A stretch of 64,000 nt of DNA from positions 40,860,001 through 40,924,000 of the forward strand of contig CM052816.1 in NCBI GenBank assembly GCA_028534125.1. The letters are read 5' to 3'. Shown here in pieces: positions 12,653-24,792 of the stretch. Origin of the DNA: Lama glama. Taxonomy: Eukaryota. The notes under the pieces were generated by a model. It did no database searches. It saw only the letters and a program-made list of their open reading frames with translations, and was not told the DNA's origin. Positions within the stretch are counted from its first letter, which is position 1, and each line of letters begins with the position of its first letter. The translations under genes and the position numbers were made by a program.

Positions 12653-13697
12653 TAGGCAGTCCTCACTCCTCATGGTAGTATGGTGCTGTAACAAATACCA
12701 TGCGATTTGTGATCTTAATAATTGTTCTGTGAATTTTAAAACCTTTTGTTACAATGTTAATTTTTTTCTTCCTGACAGTTATAAAGATATAAGAAAACTG
12801 TAAAAATACAACTAATATCTATGCAATGCACTGTTTTAAAACATTACAAACATTGAGAATTGAAGTGTTACATTTCTTTGTAAATACTTATCAACAGTAG
12901 TTAAGACGGTGCTTATCTTCTCATCATATAATTTATGATACAGAGAGAGAAAGAGCATCTTTATTATATCTTAGCAAACTGTCATACTCCTTTCTAAATT
13001 TCATCAGTGCTAACATTTTATCCTTTGCCCTTTCAGTGACATAAAATGTCTGCAAGTGTTCCTTTAGTGTGACTTCTTTTTTTTTTTTGGTCAATGTCAC
13101 TTCCTCTGGGACGTCTCCATTCTTTTCCGCACAACTTTCCTTTTTTGTATCTCTAAGTTTGCGTTCACTCAGTTCCACTGACGGTTATCTAGAGGCTGTC
13201 AAACCCAGCCTCGGTGTAAACATTCCCACAGTCTGCTATTTCTTTTGCAATTCCCTTATGCTGATTCAAATTTCGTTCCCGTGGTGTCACTTTTCCTTTT
13301 TTTCCCTGTACTTTCATTTTAGGGGGCCAGTTTTCTCTTTCAACAACCCATTTTTCTAAAATGTCACCTGGGTTTATCACCCGGGACAAAGAGTCGGTAC
13401 AAGTACACACTTGGTATCTGAGCATGAACTGAAGAATATATGTGCGGTGACTAATCTCTAACAGACTTTGAAACAGTGTTGTGACTTGGACTGATCAGGA
13501 TGAGGTTATATAATTTACATGGTGATTTGTGGACAGAGGTAACAGCAGCCAAGTTTGTACATTATGTAATTACTTACAATTAATATAAACTAGTAATTGA
13601 AATTTGAACCATGTTGTTGGGGAACCCGTGTTATTTAACTAATCTGTGGTGCCTGAAATCTGTGCATATCATAGCCATGCAAATTGGGGACTGTCTA
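12653..13697 (-). mobile_element. Tigger6a-like DNA transposon (TcMar-Tigger), near full length
   Basis: Termini taggcagtcctca... and ...tggggactgtcta are inverted repeats. Minus-strand ORF remnants (ELSERKL...DVPEEVT...TLKEHLQTF...KDKML and EIADCGNV) match the Tigger6 internal sequence as I recall it. Confidence 0.85.
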
Positions 13698-13824
13698 TTT
13701 AAGAACAAGTGGTTATAAGATAAATCCAGTTTCAATGAACACTTCTATACATACAAATTCTTTATGGTAAAACTGTTTCAGTTTCTCAGAAAGAGGCCAG
13801 ATATGAGAATATGCATATATCTTT

Positions 13825-14575
13825 TCAATCATTAAAGAAAGATTTGTTATGCAATTGTAATATAATTTCCAGGAGAATAGGAAGAAAACTTATCTCTGCC
13901 TTTACAATACTTACATTGTGTTGGAGAAAACAGGCAATAAGTAAGATAAATAAGTTATAAAAACTTAGATACAAATAACAGCAAAGAAGAGAATAAAGCA
14001 GGTAAGTGTAGCAGTGTCAGGAAGGCGGTCAAAATTTTAAGTGTGGAGATAATAGAAGATTTCAGTGAGAAATTAATTTTTTAGGAACGATCTGAAGAAA
14101 ATGAAAGAGTGAGACTTCCATACATCTTTTGTGGGAATATTCCCTGTAGAGGGAATGGCAAATGTAAAGGCTCTGAGTTGAGAGGCGTGCTGTAATGTTT
14201 AGAGGAATAGAGTGGAACCCAACGCAGCTGAGTCAACGCAAGGAAAAGTGGAAGAGACGAGGGGAGACAGGTCGGGTGAGTCAGATTACACAGACGGTCA
14301 AGTATCATACTTATGACTTGGTTTTACTCTGACTGAGGTTACAAGTCATAACAAGGCTTGAGCAGAAGAGTGCCATGAATGGAGTTATACTTTAACAGTA
14401 TGGCTTCTCTCTTAAAAATAGACTGAAGAGGTATCAGAGCAGAAGCAGAGAGGTAGTTAAGACTCTGCTGCAATAATTCAGGAAAGAAATTATGGTGCCT
14501 CAGACTAGCATGGGGGTTTTTGAGTGATGGTAAATAGTTGAATTCTGTATATATTTCAGAATCATATAGCAATTT
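13825..14575 (-). mobile_element. L2 LINE 3' region
   Basis: gagggaatggcaaatgtaaaggctctgag, ggttttactctgactgag and agcagaagcagagaggtagttaagactctgctgcaataattcagg are reverse L2a/b hallmarks. Confidence 0.85.
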
Positions 14576-16384
14576 TTCAGTGTCACAAAGATACTGGAAC
14601 AATCCTCTAGAATTGGTTGAAAGGGATTTGACATAATTAATTGCCTGGAATAGGGAGGCGGACCTCACACACCAAGCTTGTGTAAAGAAATATATCGTCC
14701 ACCATGAAAGAGCTTTTCCGGCATAGTGTGCCAACATTTTCCCTGACAATAAGGTGGAACGAGAAGAAAGCGTATTTGACCAAGAGTTTTCAAGGTTAAT
14801 TTTAGGGGTGTCTTCAGCTTTGTATGAGTTGTCAGTTTCGGTTCAAAAAATAACCATCGGCGGTGAAAGGATCCAGCTAAGACACAGGGTAAGCCACAGC
14901 ATGATACGGTCCAGGGAGAGCTAACCCACCCTTGAAAATCATGGGGCCTCAGGGGTTTCCCTTCTAAACAACTTCATGCTCAACAGTTGAATATTTAACA
15001 GCCTAATGCAAAAGTCGAAAGTTTGTGTTTTCAAAAGAGTCCTATGTCATAGGAATAAGACGTAATTATTCATCCGAATTTGTATCTCCATCTGTCAACA
15101 ATTCCAGTATCCAGAGGAAACCTGTTCTCAACTTTTGAGCACTGCATTTTCAACATGGAGTAGAGAACTTAACTACATTCCAATTGCTCATACATGCAGT
15201 GCACATAGATTTGCACAATTTCTGGTGCCTATATATTTAGCAAATAGCAAACGCTCTGTTACATGTGGCATCTTTGTGTAGCCAGATCCTTTTACTAGCT
15301 ATTGTACTGTGAGTGTCCTTTGTGTTCCCTTCCTGATACTCCCTCCCTCGATCAACTTTACAGATAATGCTGCGTGATGTTCATTTTAGCACAGGCTGTC
15401 TCCTGAAGCAAACAAATGAATACTGATCTTTGTCAATCCCAGGTGACTCATCTTTTGTAATTTGTCATGCCAGATTTCATCAGCCACTTCATACTGGCTC
15501 AGTGGAAAAGCACAACAAAATCCAACTGATTCAACACCAAATGATTTATCATAACATGACACATTTTAAATGATGAAGTTCCAGGACAGACACAGTAAAG
15601 GGCACTGCACGATTCAAAAAATTCATGGGCCAAAAAAAGAGAATAAAATCTTTCTCTTGGTTAATCAGTGTTCACAAGCATATTGCTGGGCATTCTGATC
15701 TTTCTCATAAAAAGCTCCATATTAACAGTATCCTCCCTGATTGTATTTATATAATTATAGGAGATATATATATGTAGCATACATACATATATATAACTCA
15801 TTTTCAGATTCAAAAGTTGGCTAGCTTAGTGTAAGACTAATGCATCAAGTATAGCACATTCCAATATTTACCCACCAAGTTTACCTTGATTTTTCCAAAG
15901 ATTCAATTCTAGCCATTTAGCACCTGCTAATTATGAGAAATACAGCTTCTAAGTTCTTCTGAATAAAATTTCAGAGTGCTTCCAAGACCAGCACATCATC
16001 AGGAAAAGTAGTGAGACTCGTTATCCAAGAATCTGTGATTGCAGTGTCAACTGAAGCATCATTTTGACTGGTTTTCACTGCATCATGTTTCTTCCTTGGC
16101 AGTCTGCCAGCCGAAAGTTTTTTTTTTTTTTAGATAGCTTCCAATGGGATTTGCATAAAGCCCACATGTCAATTTCCCTATATATTATGTACAGGAATAA
16201 AATGAACAATCCTGATATACATTTGAAAAGATACCATCACTACACACACAACTCCCATGGATAGCTGTCATCCTAATTTACAGATGGTTAACGACAGCCA
16301 AAATAGTTATGCACATTTATCGTGATGACTGAAGAGGCAGTAAGCTTGAAATTTATAACTTACAGTAATTGGGTGGAGTTAAAC

Positions 16385-16520
16385 ATCATTCATTCAACAT
16401 GACATAGGTACTCACAATGGCACTGTGCTAAGTTTGTGATTTCACTTTATTTTTACATCTCTCCTAGGAATACAATTAAATATTTATTTTAGCAATGAGA
16501 AAACTAAAGCCCTGACGCTG
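16385..16520 (-). mobile_element. MIR fragment
   Basis: ggcactgtgctaag...ttttagcaatgagaaaactaaagc. Confidence 0.5.
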
Positions 16521-16624
16521 TAGATTTGAGCAGACAAAACCTAACCTGAGATGTATGTGGACAAATAATTTTAAATTAATTATAATTATGTGGGATGAAT
16601 ACTAATAATGGGGGTTTACTCTTT

Positions 16625-16975
16625 TACTTCTATTTTATTGAGCTGTTTGTGCTTTCCTTGTTGATTTGTAAGTTCTTTGCATAATCCTATTTCTAATTAT
16701 TTTTCAGTTTTATGTACTAATATAATCCTCAGATGTTTAGCTTGTCTTTTCAATTGCTTTAAATATTTTGATAATGCAAAGTTCTTGTTTATATTTAAAA
16801 TAAATACATTCTTTCTAATTGTTTGTTGTATCTTGTTTAAGAAATATTTCTTCAATTTAATAACTAAACGATATTCATTCACTTCTATTTTCTGTATATT
16901 TTAGAAGGTTGTTGTTGATATTTACATAATCTATTGTGAGTTATTGTAAATAGTGTAAGAGGAAATTTAATCATT
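16625..16975 (-). mobile_element. Old L1 (L1ME-like) late ORF2 fragment
   Basis: ttccttgttgatttgtaagttcttt...gcttgtcttttca...tcttgtttaagaaat is antisense L1. Confidence 0.65.
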
Positions 16976-17011
16976 TCTAGAGGGAGAACTTAGTAAATAA
17001 TGAGAGAGGAG

Positions 17012-18080
17012 TGTATAAAAATGATAGCACACAGCCAATCAGGATTCACCCAAAATACTCAGGTTGGTTAGAAAAATCCATAAATATAATTCACCATATA
17101 AAAAAAATTAAAATTGAAGCCATATATGATAATATCAAAGTATTTGATAAAGCTCACTACCAAGTCATTATTTTTTTTTCCAAAAAAATGCTGAGTAAGA
17201 AGGGATATTTCTCAGCCTTGTGAACAAATATCTATAAAGCCAAACAAATAAACAAGAAAAAAAACCTTTTATAAACTTTCTCTTTAAAATGAGAAATAAG
17301 AAAAAACACCAACTACACTGTCTAGAGTTAGCCAAACTCCTCAATATTACTGTCTTGGTATCCTCTTTGCGTGGCCAAGTGGCTTGCAGGGCCTCTCAAC
17401 CAACTAGAGCCCCACCTTAGTCCTTGCCCCAGGCAACATCCCGTGGGGTCCCAGGTAAATGTAAGTTCCTGACATGCCTCCCTCACAGGTCCCTGTGGTA
17501 AGGAGTCTTCCCCAGTCCTTCTGTGGGCCTTCCCCTTGTGCGCCCCTTAGATCAGATCCCCAGGGTGCTTCCCCAAATCCCACTCTCTTCAGTCTGAACT
17601 GATCAATCTGACCCTAGCCCAGGAACTCCAAAACACAGCCGCCAAGGACCCTAACAAAGGCACGGGCCCCAGGCCCTGCCAGCGCTGTGTCTGCTCCCTG
17701 CCTTGACCTCCCCTTTGTCTGCCATGCACTTTTTTCAAAACCTGTGGATCATCAACTCCTCTACCACTTCCCTCCTGGCCTTTTGTTGAACCCTGGCTCA
17801 CTATCAGACATCCCAGGGCAAAACTTAAATATTAATTTAACAAAGTTTCAACAGATACCAATTTTACTTAATATTATAGCCTCTAGTCAATAACAAAAGG
17901 CCAGAAAAAGAATTCAGAAGCATAAGCAATGGAAAGGAAGAAATACAACTTTCTTTTTTTGTTTGGCAGATGATATGACCATTCACACAGAACATTCAAA
18001 ACAATCTAAAATTTTTTTAAAATTATGAGTTTTAACAAATTGGCTGAGTGTGAAATTAATATTCAGTAGTCAGTTGGTTC
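17012..18080 (+). mobile_element. Old L1 ORF2 reverse-transcriptase region, interrupted by an LTR at 17319-17853
   Basis: The translation shows KSINIIHHI and KVFDK. ttggcagatgatatga at about 17963 corresponds to the ADDM RT motif. Confidence 0.8.
17319..17853 (+). mobile_element. Solo ERVL-class LTR (MER54/MER73/MER74-like)
   Basis: GC-rich 535-bp TG...CA block ending aatttaacaaagtttcaaca. It interrupts a continuous L1 and has degenerate 5-bp flanks tacac/gatac. Confidence 0.7.
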
Positions 18081-19302
18081 TGGTACCCTCTTCTCTCAGA
18101 ATTAGTGCTTCTTAAGAACTTTATGTGGTTCCCCAATAACCAATGAAGTAGACTCTCAATCAGGTTACCACTCCTTTAAGGACAGACACATCGGACATCA
18201 TTTCTGAATCACAAAGTTTAACACAGCTTAATCTCAAGCTAGAATCTCTCAGTTTCACAAACACACACTCAAATACGCACATGCAGTTAAAATTTAATAG
18301 ACATGTTTTAGGGAACATACATTTTGTATTCCAGAAAAGAGGAGCAGGGCAGTTATTAAGAAAAACTGTGAAGAAATGCAAACAAGCGGGGCAATGAGGA
18401 TTCACATAGGTGATTAATGTTAATTATTTGATAAGTAATATTTTATATATACTTTGGTAATTGTAATTTCTCTAGAGTATAAAATATAGTATAAAATACC
18501 TATGTAATTGAAAAGAATTTTTTTGAAATTAAGGAAATAAGGCACCATTGATGTAACCAGTTATTCTGTGCAGATATAACTTTTCCTTTTTATTAATAAG
18601 TGCCACAGAATATGCAAGGAAGATTGACAGTATTTCTCAAACTGGAAATGAGCATAATACAGGGAACATCAATGATGCATTTTACTGAGCATCTTTAATG
18701 CTAGAATAGAGACAACTAAGTAACACAAGTTAAAATTTTGGATAAGATGGATAAGTAGAAAATCTGTTTTAAAGAGACACAAGCTGCTGCATTTTCAACA
18801 TATGCTGTACAATTATAGGACACAGAAGTGATTAGGTAACTCAGTGTTTTAATCAAGAAAGTCCCCTGGTTGTGTATGGCAGAATAAGTGTCTGGTTGAG
18901 GGTGAGAAGCAGAATTACATTATTTTAAAATAACAGTGGTAATTTTAATCAAGATTTTTGCCTAAATCTGTGAGCTGAGTGACTAACTGATTACATAATA
19001 ATCAAAAAAGTAATCTTGTTAGATGGTGATGCCCAAATTTTCATGTCTAAAAATAATCACTTCAGTTTTCTCTCCAATTAGATCCACATATATTAATGAA
19101 AAAGGGGACAGATGTTTTCTTTAAAATCGATTCTTGTCAAAGGAATTTAGTAATGCAGATGTATCTGCTATTGCCTAATTGACCTGAAAAGGATAGTTTA
19201 AATTTTTTAAAGAACTGTTTAATTCTTAAAGGCAAGCAGATAGTTTCACATTATCTGAAAATTTGGCTAGTCGAATATTTGTTTAAAATTGCTTCTTTTC
19301 CT

Positions 19303-19508
19303 TCAATAATCAAATGTTTATTGAGAATCCACTGTATCCAAAGCACTGTTCTGGGTCTTAGATAAATACTAGTGAAAAATCATATAAGATTTCCTTTCCT
19401 CATGGAGTGTAAATAGTAGTGGAGGGAAACAATATACAATATAAAATCAGAATATTTAATATGATAAACATGAAAGGACTAAGGAGAAAAACAGAGCATG
19501 AAAGAAGT
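19303..19508 (-). mobile_element. L2a 3' end
   Basis: caaatgtttattgagaatccactgtatccaaagcactgttctggg...cctcatggag. The element continues at 20728. Confidence 0.8.
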
Positions 19509-19559
19509 ATGCTACCTTGGTGTGCGAGAGGTGTGGAACTTAGCTGGGAGTCTAGGGAT

Positions 19560-20228
19560 GTGCACTGGACCCAGTGTATACACATCCCAGATCCTACAGT
19601 CCTATAGGACCCACCTAACCTTGGGCTTGGAATCTCTGCCTTGTTTCCTTGCACAGTGGCCACAGATGGTTTGCCCAAATCATGGCAGTCCTACTGCCAT
19701 AAATACCCAGGCATTCCAACTGTTGCCTCATTTTTAAATACCACTGGTTGTTCTTAGACTTTCCTAGCAATGAGGGAAGGACTTCAGCATGGATCTCATC
19801 ATGTCCATCACAGACAGATCCCCATCGGTCCTAGTTCCCTGGTCCAGATGATTGACCATTGGAGTTTCTGTCTTCACCACTGAATGCCTGGAAAAACTAT
19901 GTATCACAGGCCAGAACTGTTTGAGAATTTACATCTCATGAGTTAAACTTTGATGAATGAGAAATACAAGATTGCAAAGAGACCATATAAATCACTAGTT
20001 CTTCCTTTCCCTGATGGTTGGTTCCAAAAAGCAGTGATTCCATGGGCAACCTCTGGAAATGGCTTGAGTGACCTAAGAAACAGTGATATTTCTTGAGAGG
20101 CCATCAACAGCTCAATAGGATCATCTTGTATTACACTATTGTTGCTCCCCGACTTACTTCCCTTTTTCCTGTATGCTCTTACCTAAGCTTTGTCTCAAGC
20201 CACATTTGCTGGGAAACCCAGAAATACT
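19560..20228 (+). mobile_element. ERVL LTR (LTR16/LTR33 group)
   Basis: The end ctttgtctcaagccacatttgctgggaaacccagaaatacta resembles the LTR16 terminus. The 5' boundary is uncertain. Confidence 0.6.
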
Positions 20229-20725
20229 ACTTACTACTTGTTGCATGATGAATTTCCCCCAGATTTAGTGGATTAAAACAAAAGCCATTTGTTGTGTTAT
20301 GAGCCTATGGGATGCCAGGGCAAGTCTAGCTGTCTGGGCCAAGCGTGGCCAATCTCAGCCAGTTTCACTGTTATCTGTGGCTCACAGGCTGCTAGTGTAG
20401 CTTAACCTCATCTGGAATGATTAGGCTCTAACGTGCATGGTCTTCCACCTTCCCTTCCCTCAGCTTTGTTTTCTTTGGGTGGTGACAAGTCTCCAGAAGT
20501 GTAAGCATAAGTGTGCAAGGTCTCTTAAGGCCCAAGCTTAGGACTGGAACCTATCACTTCAAAAGCAGGCTACTTCCCAAAGGAAGTCAGAGGTTATCCT
20601 TGAGTCAAAAAGTGGAAAACATCTAACCTCTGTCACCACTGAGGCAGCTGCAAGTTCATATTGCAAGAAACATTGTCAGTGGGAGGGAAAGAATCATGGC
20701 CATTTTTGCAATCAATTTGTTGTGC
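20229..20725 (-). mobile_element. MaLR LTR (MLT1H-like)
   Basis: cccccagatttagtggattaaaacaaaagccattt...aaggtctcttaaggcccaagctt...ggccatttttgcaatc. Confidence 0.75.
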
Positions 20726-20727
20726 TA

Positions 20728-20945
20728 GGGAAAAACCAAAGACCTCCCTGAAAAGCTAACATTTAAGTAAAAATGTAAAAAGTTGTGGGAAAGAGCTAGC
20801 TATAAAATGATCTTGGGAAAAATCATTCTAGTTATAGAGAACATCCAGAGCAAAGTCTTTAAGGCAGGAGCACGTTCAGATTATTAAAGGGAAGACAGGA
20901 GGTGTGACTGCAGTCACAGCAGCGTGAACGTGGTAGAGGGACTCG
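20728..20945 (-). mobile_element. L2 continuation
   Basis: aaagacctccctgaaaagctaacatttaag...cattctagttatagagaacatccagagcaaagtctttaaggcaggagca. Confidence 0.7.
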
Positions 20946-21098
20946 GGACGTATGTCACTGAAGTCCCGAGGTCTGGGGGGGAAATGAGTGACTGATCTCA
21001 AAGTTCAAAGCACTAACTTCATGACATAAAAATCACTTCAGCCTTCTGGTTCTCAGGTGGGAAGAAATTCATCTCAAAATTGAAAGAGCAGTGTAAAG

Positions 21099-21278
21099 CC
21101 GTATATTTCAAACTGTTTCAAGCAGCTGAGCAATTTCTTCCAATGAAATCTTTTATGGAACTTCTCTATATGAAAAGTAAATTCGGACCTGATCAGTGAG
21201 TGATAGCAAAAGGGGCCGTGCTCAGCCTCTCATCTCCTGCTTTGTGGGAGTCTAGAGGCTCTTTCTTGGAAACAGTTT
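21099..21278 (+). mobile_element. MER103C-like hAT-Charlie MITE (last ~15 bp displaced to about 22256-22270 by an L1 insertion)
   Basis: ttcaaactgtttcaagcagctgagcaatttcttccaatgaaatcttttatggaac...ggaaacagttt(taaataact) follows the MER103C pattern. Confidence 0.65.
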
Positions 21279-22243
21279 AATTTTTTTTTATTTTTTAATT
21301 TTTTTAACATTTTTTATTGATTTATAATCATTTTACAGTGTTGTGTCAAATTCCAGTGTTCAGCACAATTTTTCAGTCATTCGTGGACATATACACACTC
21401 ATTGTCACATTTTTTTCTCTGTGATTTATCATAACATTTTGTGTATATTTCCCTGTGCTATACAGTGTAATCTTGTTTATCTATTCTACAATTTTGAAAC
21501 CCCAGTCTATCCCTTCCCACCCNNNNNNNNNNNNNNNNNNNNNNNNNNNNNNNNNNNNNNNNNNNNNNNNNNNNNNNNNNNNNNNNNNNNNNNNNNNNNN
21601 NNNNNNNNNNNNNNNNNNNNNNNNNNNNNNNNNNNNNNNNNNNNNNNNNNNNNNNNNNNNNNNNNNNNNNNNNNNNNNNNNNNNNNNNNNNNNNNNNNNN
21701 NNNNNNNNNNNNNNNNNNNNNNNNNNNNNNNNNNNNNNNNNNNNNNNNNNNNNNNNNNNNNNNNNNNNNNNNNNNNNNNNNNNNNNNNNNNNNNNNNNNN
21801 NNNNNNNNNNNNNNNNNNNNNNNNNNNNNNNNNNNNNNNNNNNNNNNNNNNNNNNNNNNNNNNNNNNNNNNNNNNNNNNNNNNNNNNNNNNNNNNNNNNN
21901 NNNNNNNNNNNNNNNNNNNNNNNNNNNNNNNNNNNNNNNNNNNNNNNNNNNNNNNNNNNNNNNNNNNNNNNNNNNNNNNNNNNNNNNNNNNNNNNNNNNN
22001 NNNNNNNNNNNNNNNNNNNNNNATTTTACAGTGTTGTGTCAAATTCCAGTGTTCAGCACAATTTTTCAGTCATTCGTGGACATATACACACTCATTGTCA
22101 CATTTTTTTCTCTGTGATTTATCATAACATTTTGTGTATATTTCCCTGTGCTATACAGTGTAATCTTGTTTATCTATTCTACAATTTTGAAACCCCAGTC
22201 TATCCCTTCCCACCCTCTACCCCCCTGGTAACCAAAAGTCTTG
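21279..22243 (-). mobile_element. Young, severely 5'-truncated camelid L1 3' UTR with 12-bp TSD
   Basis: T-rich tail at 21281-21315, then tttattga, then L1 3' UTR. A perfect TSD tggaaacagttt lies at 21267-21278 and 22244-22255, and the target is TTTT/AA. Confidence 0.9.
21523..22022. other. Assembly gap, exactly 500 N
   Basis: Run of N of round length. Confidence 1.
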
Positions 22244-24399
22244 TGGAAACAGTTTTAAATAACTAAACTAGGTGATCCTTAAAATCTTGTCCATGTTTAT
22301 GGCTGTATAGGGAATAAAGGTCACCATAAACTGCGTGCATGTCAGAAGCTTGATCAGTTAACTGGCCATTCATCCCCACCCCTCTTTCAATAAGCACTGT
22401 ACCCTGTCACCAAAAAAAAAAAAAAAAAAATCAGTCTTCAAAGCTGCATATTTTTATCACTAAATTTTAAAAAATCCTTACCACATATTTATGTGATCTA
22501 TACTATATTATTTCAGAATTTCTCTTAATTGTTGTTTTGCAAATTAACTCAACGTAATACTTCCTAGAACCATTTTCTGCGAATCACAGGAAATATCATC
22601 AGTTCCTGGTTTTTTGTTTTGTTTTGTTTTGTTTTAACTCCTATGGAGCCTAAATGGAAGAAAAAAATACTACCAGTAGGAAAAACTTCATAGTATAATT
22701 TTATAGTTTAACAAGTTTCCTAATAGATTTATCATTCTGATGAAGATGCAGGATAAACTAAGAATTTATTTTTGATCCCAGGGCAAACACACAAATCTAC
22801 AAACAACATGTTGCTAAACCACATTCATTCAGGTCAGTGGGAGAGCACATAAGGATGGTGGGGTTTTCTTATTTTTATATCTAACCACTGGATTTCATTT
22901 CTTCCAAAAGCCAACAAAAATATAAATAAATAATAACAACATGTACACAAAATCTTTAAGCCAGGAATTTCTCACTCTGAGAACACCTTAGACTACTTCT
23001 GTGAACTTGACACATTATTTATAGTTACACTATATCTGCACGTGTGATACATCACATGTTTAAAATCATATTGGGAAAACATGGTAAGATTGTGTCCTAC
23101 AATTAAATACTTGATTATAAAGTATAATATTTTGCTGCTAAATTATGAGCCATATGTAGTATAAACTAGTTTTAGACACCGTGTTTTATAAAGGAAATCA
23201 ATCTTTCCTAAGTTGAGTGATTCTCACTGATATTTTCATCGGTCTTAAAAATGAAAGAATTTTCATTTGGTTATGATATTTTAAACACATTTTAATAGAG
23301 ATGCAGCAATTTTAAAACTTGTCATTACAATCTTCCCAATGACATCATTTTCTTTTCTGCTCTCTTTGATCCATATTATCTAATTTTTATTTGTCATTAC
23401 TTAAATTGTTCATGTCTTCATAGGTACTTTTTTCTTCTTTTCTTTTGATCCGTAAGTGCTGCTTTTAATTTTGAAGGCCATTTGCACAATATAGCTATTA
23501 TAGATAACGCCACAAATACAGAGTTGGAAAATATGAGACTGTTTCTTTTAGTCCCCAGTAACAGTTCACAGCACTTAAAAAAAATTTCTTGTCAGCAGAA
23601 TACTGAAGATAAATAATTTCCTTCATATTCTGCAGAAATGCACAAAATAAACCTTTGATCTAAAGTGACATTTATTAACCTGAATGTGAGATTAACTATA
23701 GCATTTGTCCTGAGTAATATTTCACACTCATCTAGAGCCTTTCATCTTAGATTCTCAGAAAAGTAAATACACTGATTCTGTAATCCTTACAAGACTCCTC
23801 TAGCTAGGTAATTATTTCTATTCCTCCTTTAGTGGTTAAAAAAAAAAAAAATCCAAGGCACTGAAATTACCCCCAAAGTCATACCAAAAGTCAAATCTGA
23901 CTTTAAAAATGAGAGTAGTGTTTGAATTTCTAGCTTTCTACTACAAAGTTGAAATTTTTATACAAAATCGTTTGATACCTTTATTTTCAAAGTATATTTT
24001 TCCTAAAAGATAGAACATATAAAAATATTCCTTTTCTAGTAAATCAAAAATAAAACTTCTAAATAGTAAGGTTTTCTAACATATAGGTTATGAAAAGTTA
24101 TCCTGAAGAAACTGAGTACTTACTTGCTCAACAACAAGGACAGGATAGATGAAAGCTTTTAGAAAGGCAGGGTTGCAGAGTGTATTAGGATCAGTTTTCA
24201 TTTTGGACATAATGTTTTATTAAATTATCAGTGCAAAGAGTGATGGAGACAAAAAGGCCTAAAAGTTAAAGTTTTTGCTGATCACACTGCTGTAAAGAAT
24301 GGCCATACTGGTGTATGTAATTGGAAGTTACGGTTACAGCAAGGACTGTTCAATTACAATTGAGACACAGATTTATCCAAACATTTTCCTGATTAGACT

Positions 24400-24635
24400 A
24401 CATCAGCAGTTCATCTGAGGAGTCATCTCTCATCTCACCGCTTACGTCAAATCCAACATGCTCTGTAGCAGCGTGTCATTCTCAGAGCAGTTAGCGAGTT
24501 GTACATTTATATTTAATTACAGAATTATATAATTATCTATGTTCCTTACTAGATTTTAAGTTTCATGAGGGTGGGGATATATCTGTCTTCCACACCATTT
24601 CCAGTATTTGGCACAATCTCTAAATATAGTTATGG
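24400..24635 (+). mobile_element. L2 3' end fragment
   Basis: actagattttaagtttcatgagggtggggatatatctgtctt...ccagtatttggcacaat. Confidence 0.65.
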
Positions 24636-24792
24636 TAAAACATCCCACTCCATTTACCCATATAACATAATGAGATGGCCCTATAGCAATGCTTCAGGCA
24701 ATTTATGATCCTGAGATGACTTATAGAAAATAAACAAAATATTCTATCTAGGATAATGTTAGTTCACTAATGTAACTTACTCTGAGTTTATC

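Noticed and set aside
14339..14749. 136-aa minus-strand ORF
   Set aside because: Its C-terminal half lies in an L2, it has a non-ATG start, and it shows no recognisable domain.
14840..14960. Superficial resemblance to mitochondrial rRNA (possible NUMT)
   Set aside because: I could not align it to conserved 12S/16S motifs beyond a few bases.
20942..20970. 8-bp GC-rich hairpin ctcgggac...gtcccgag (similar 8-bp stem at about 38193-38221)
   Set aside because: The stems are too short for a pre-miRNA and are expected by chance.
21343..22266. 194-307-aa ORFs
   Set aside because: They are artefacts of the 500-N gap and antisense L1 3' UTR.
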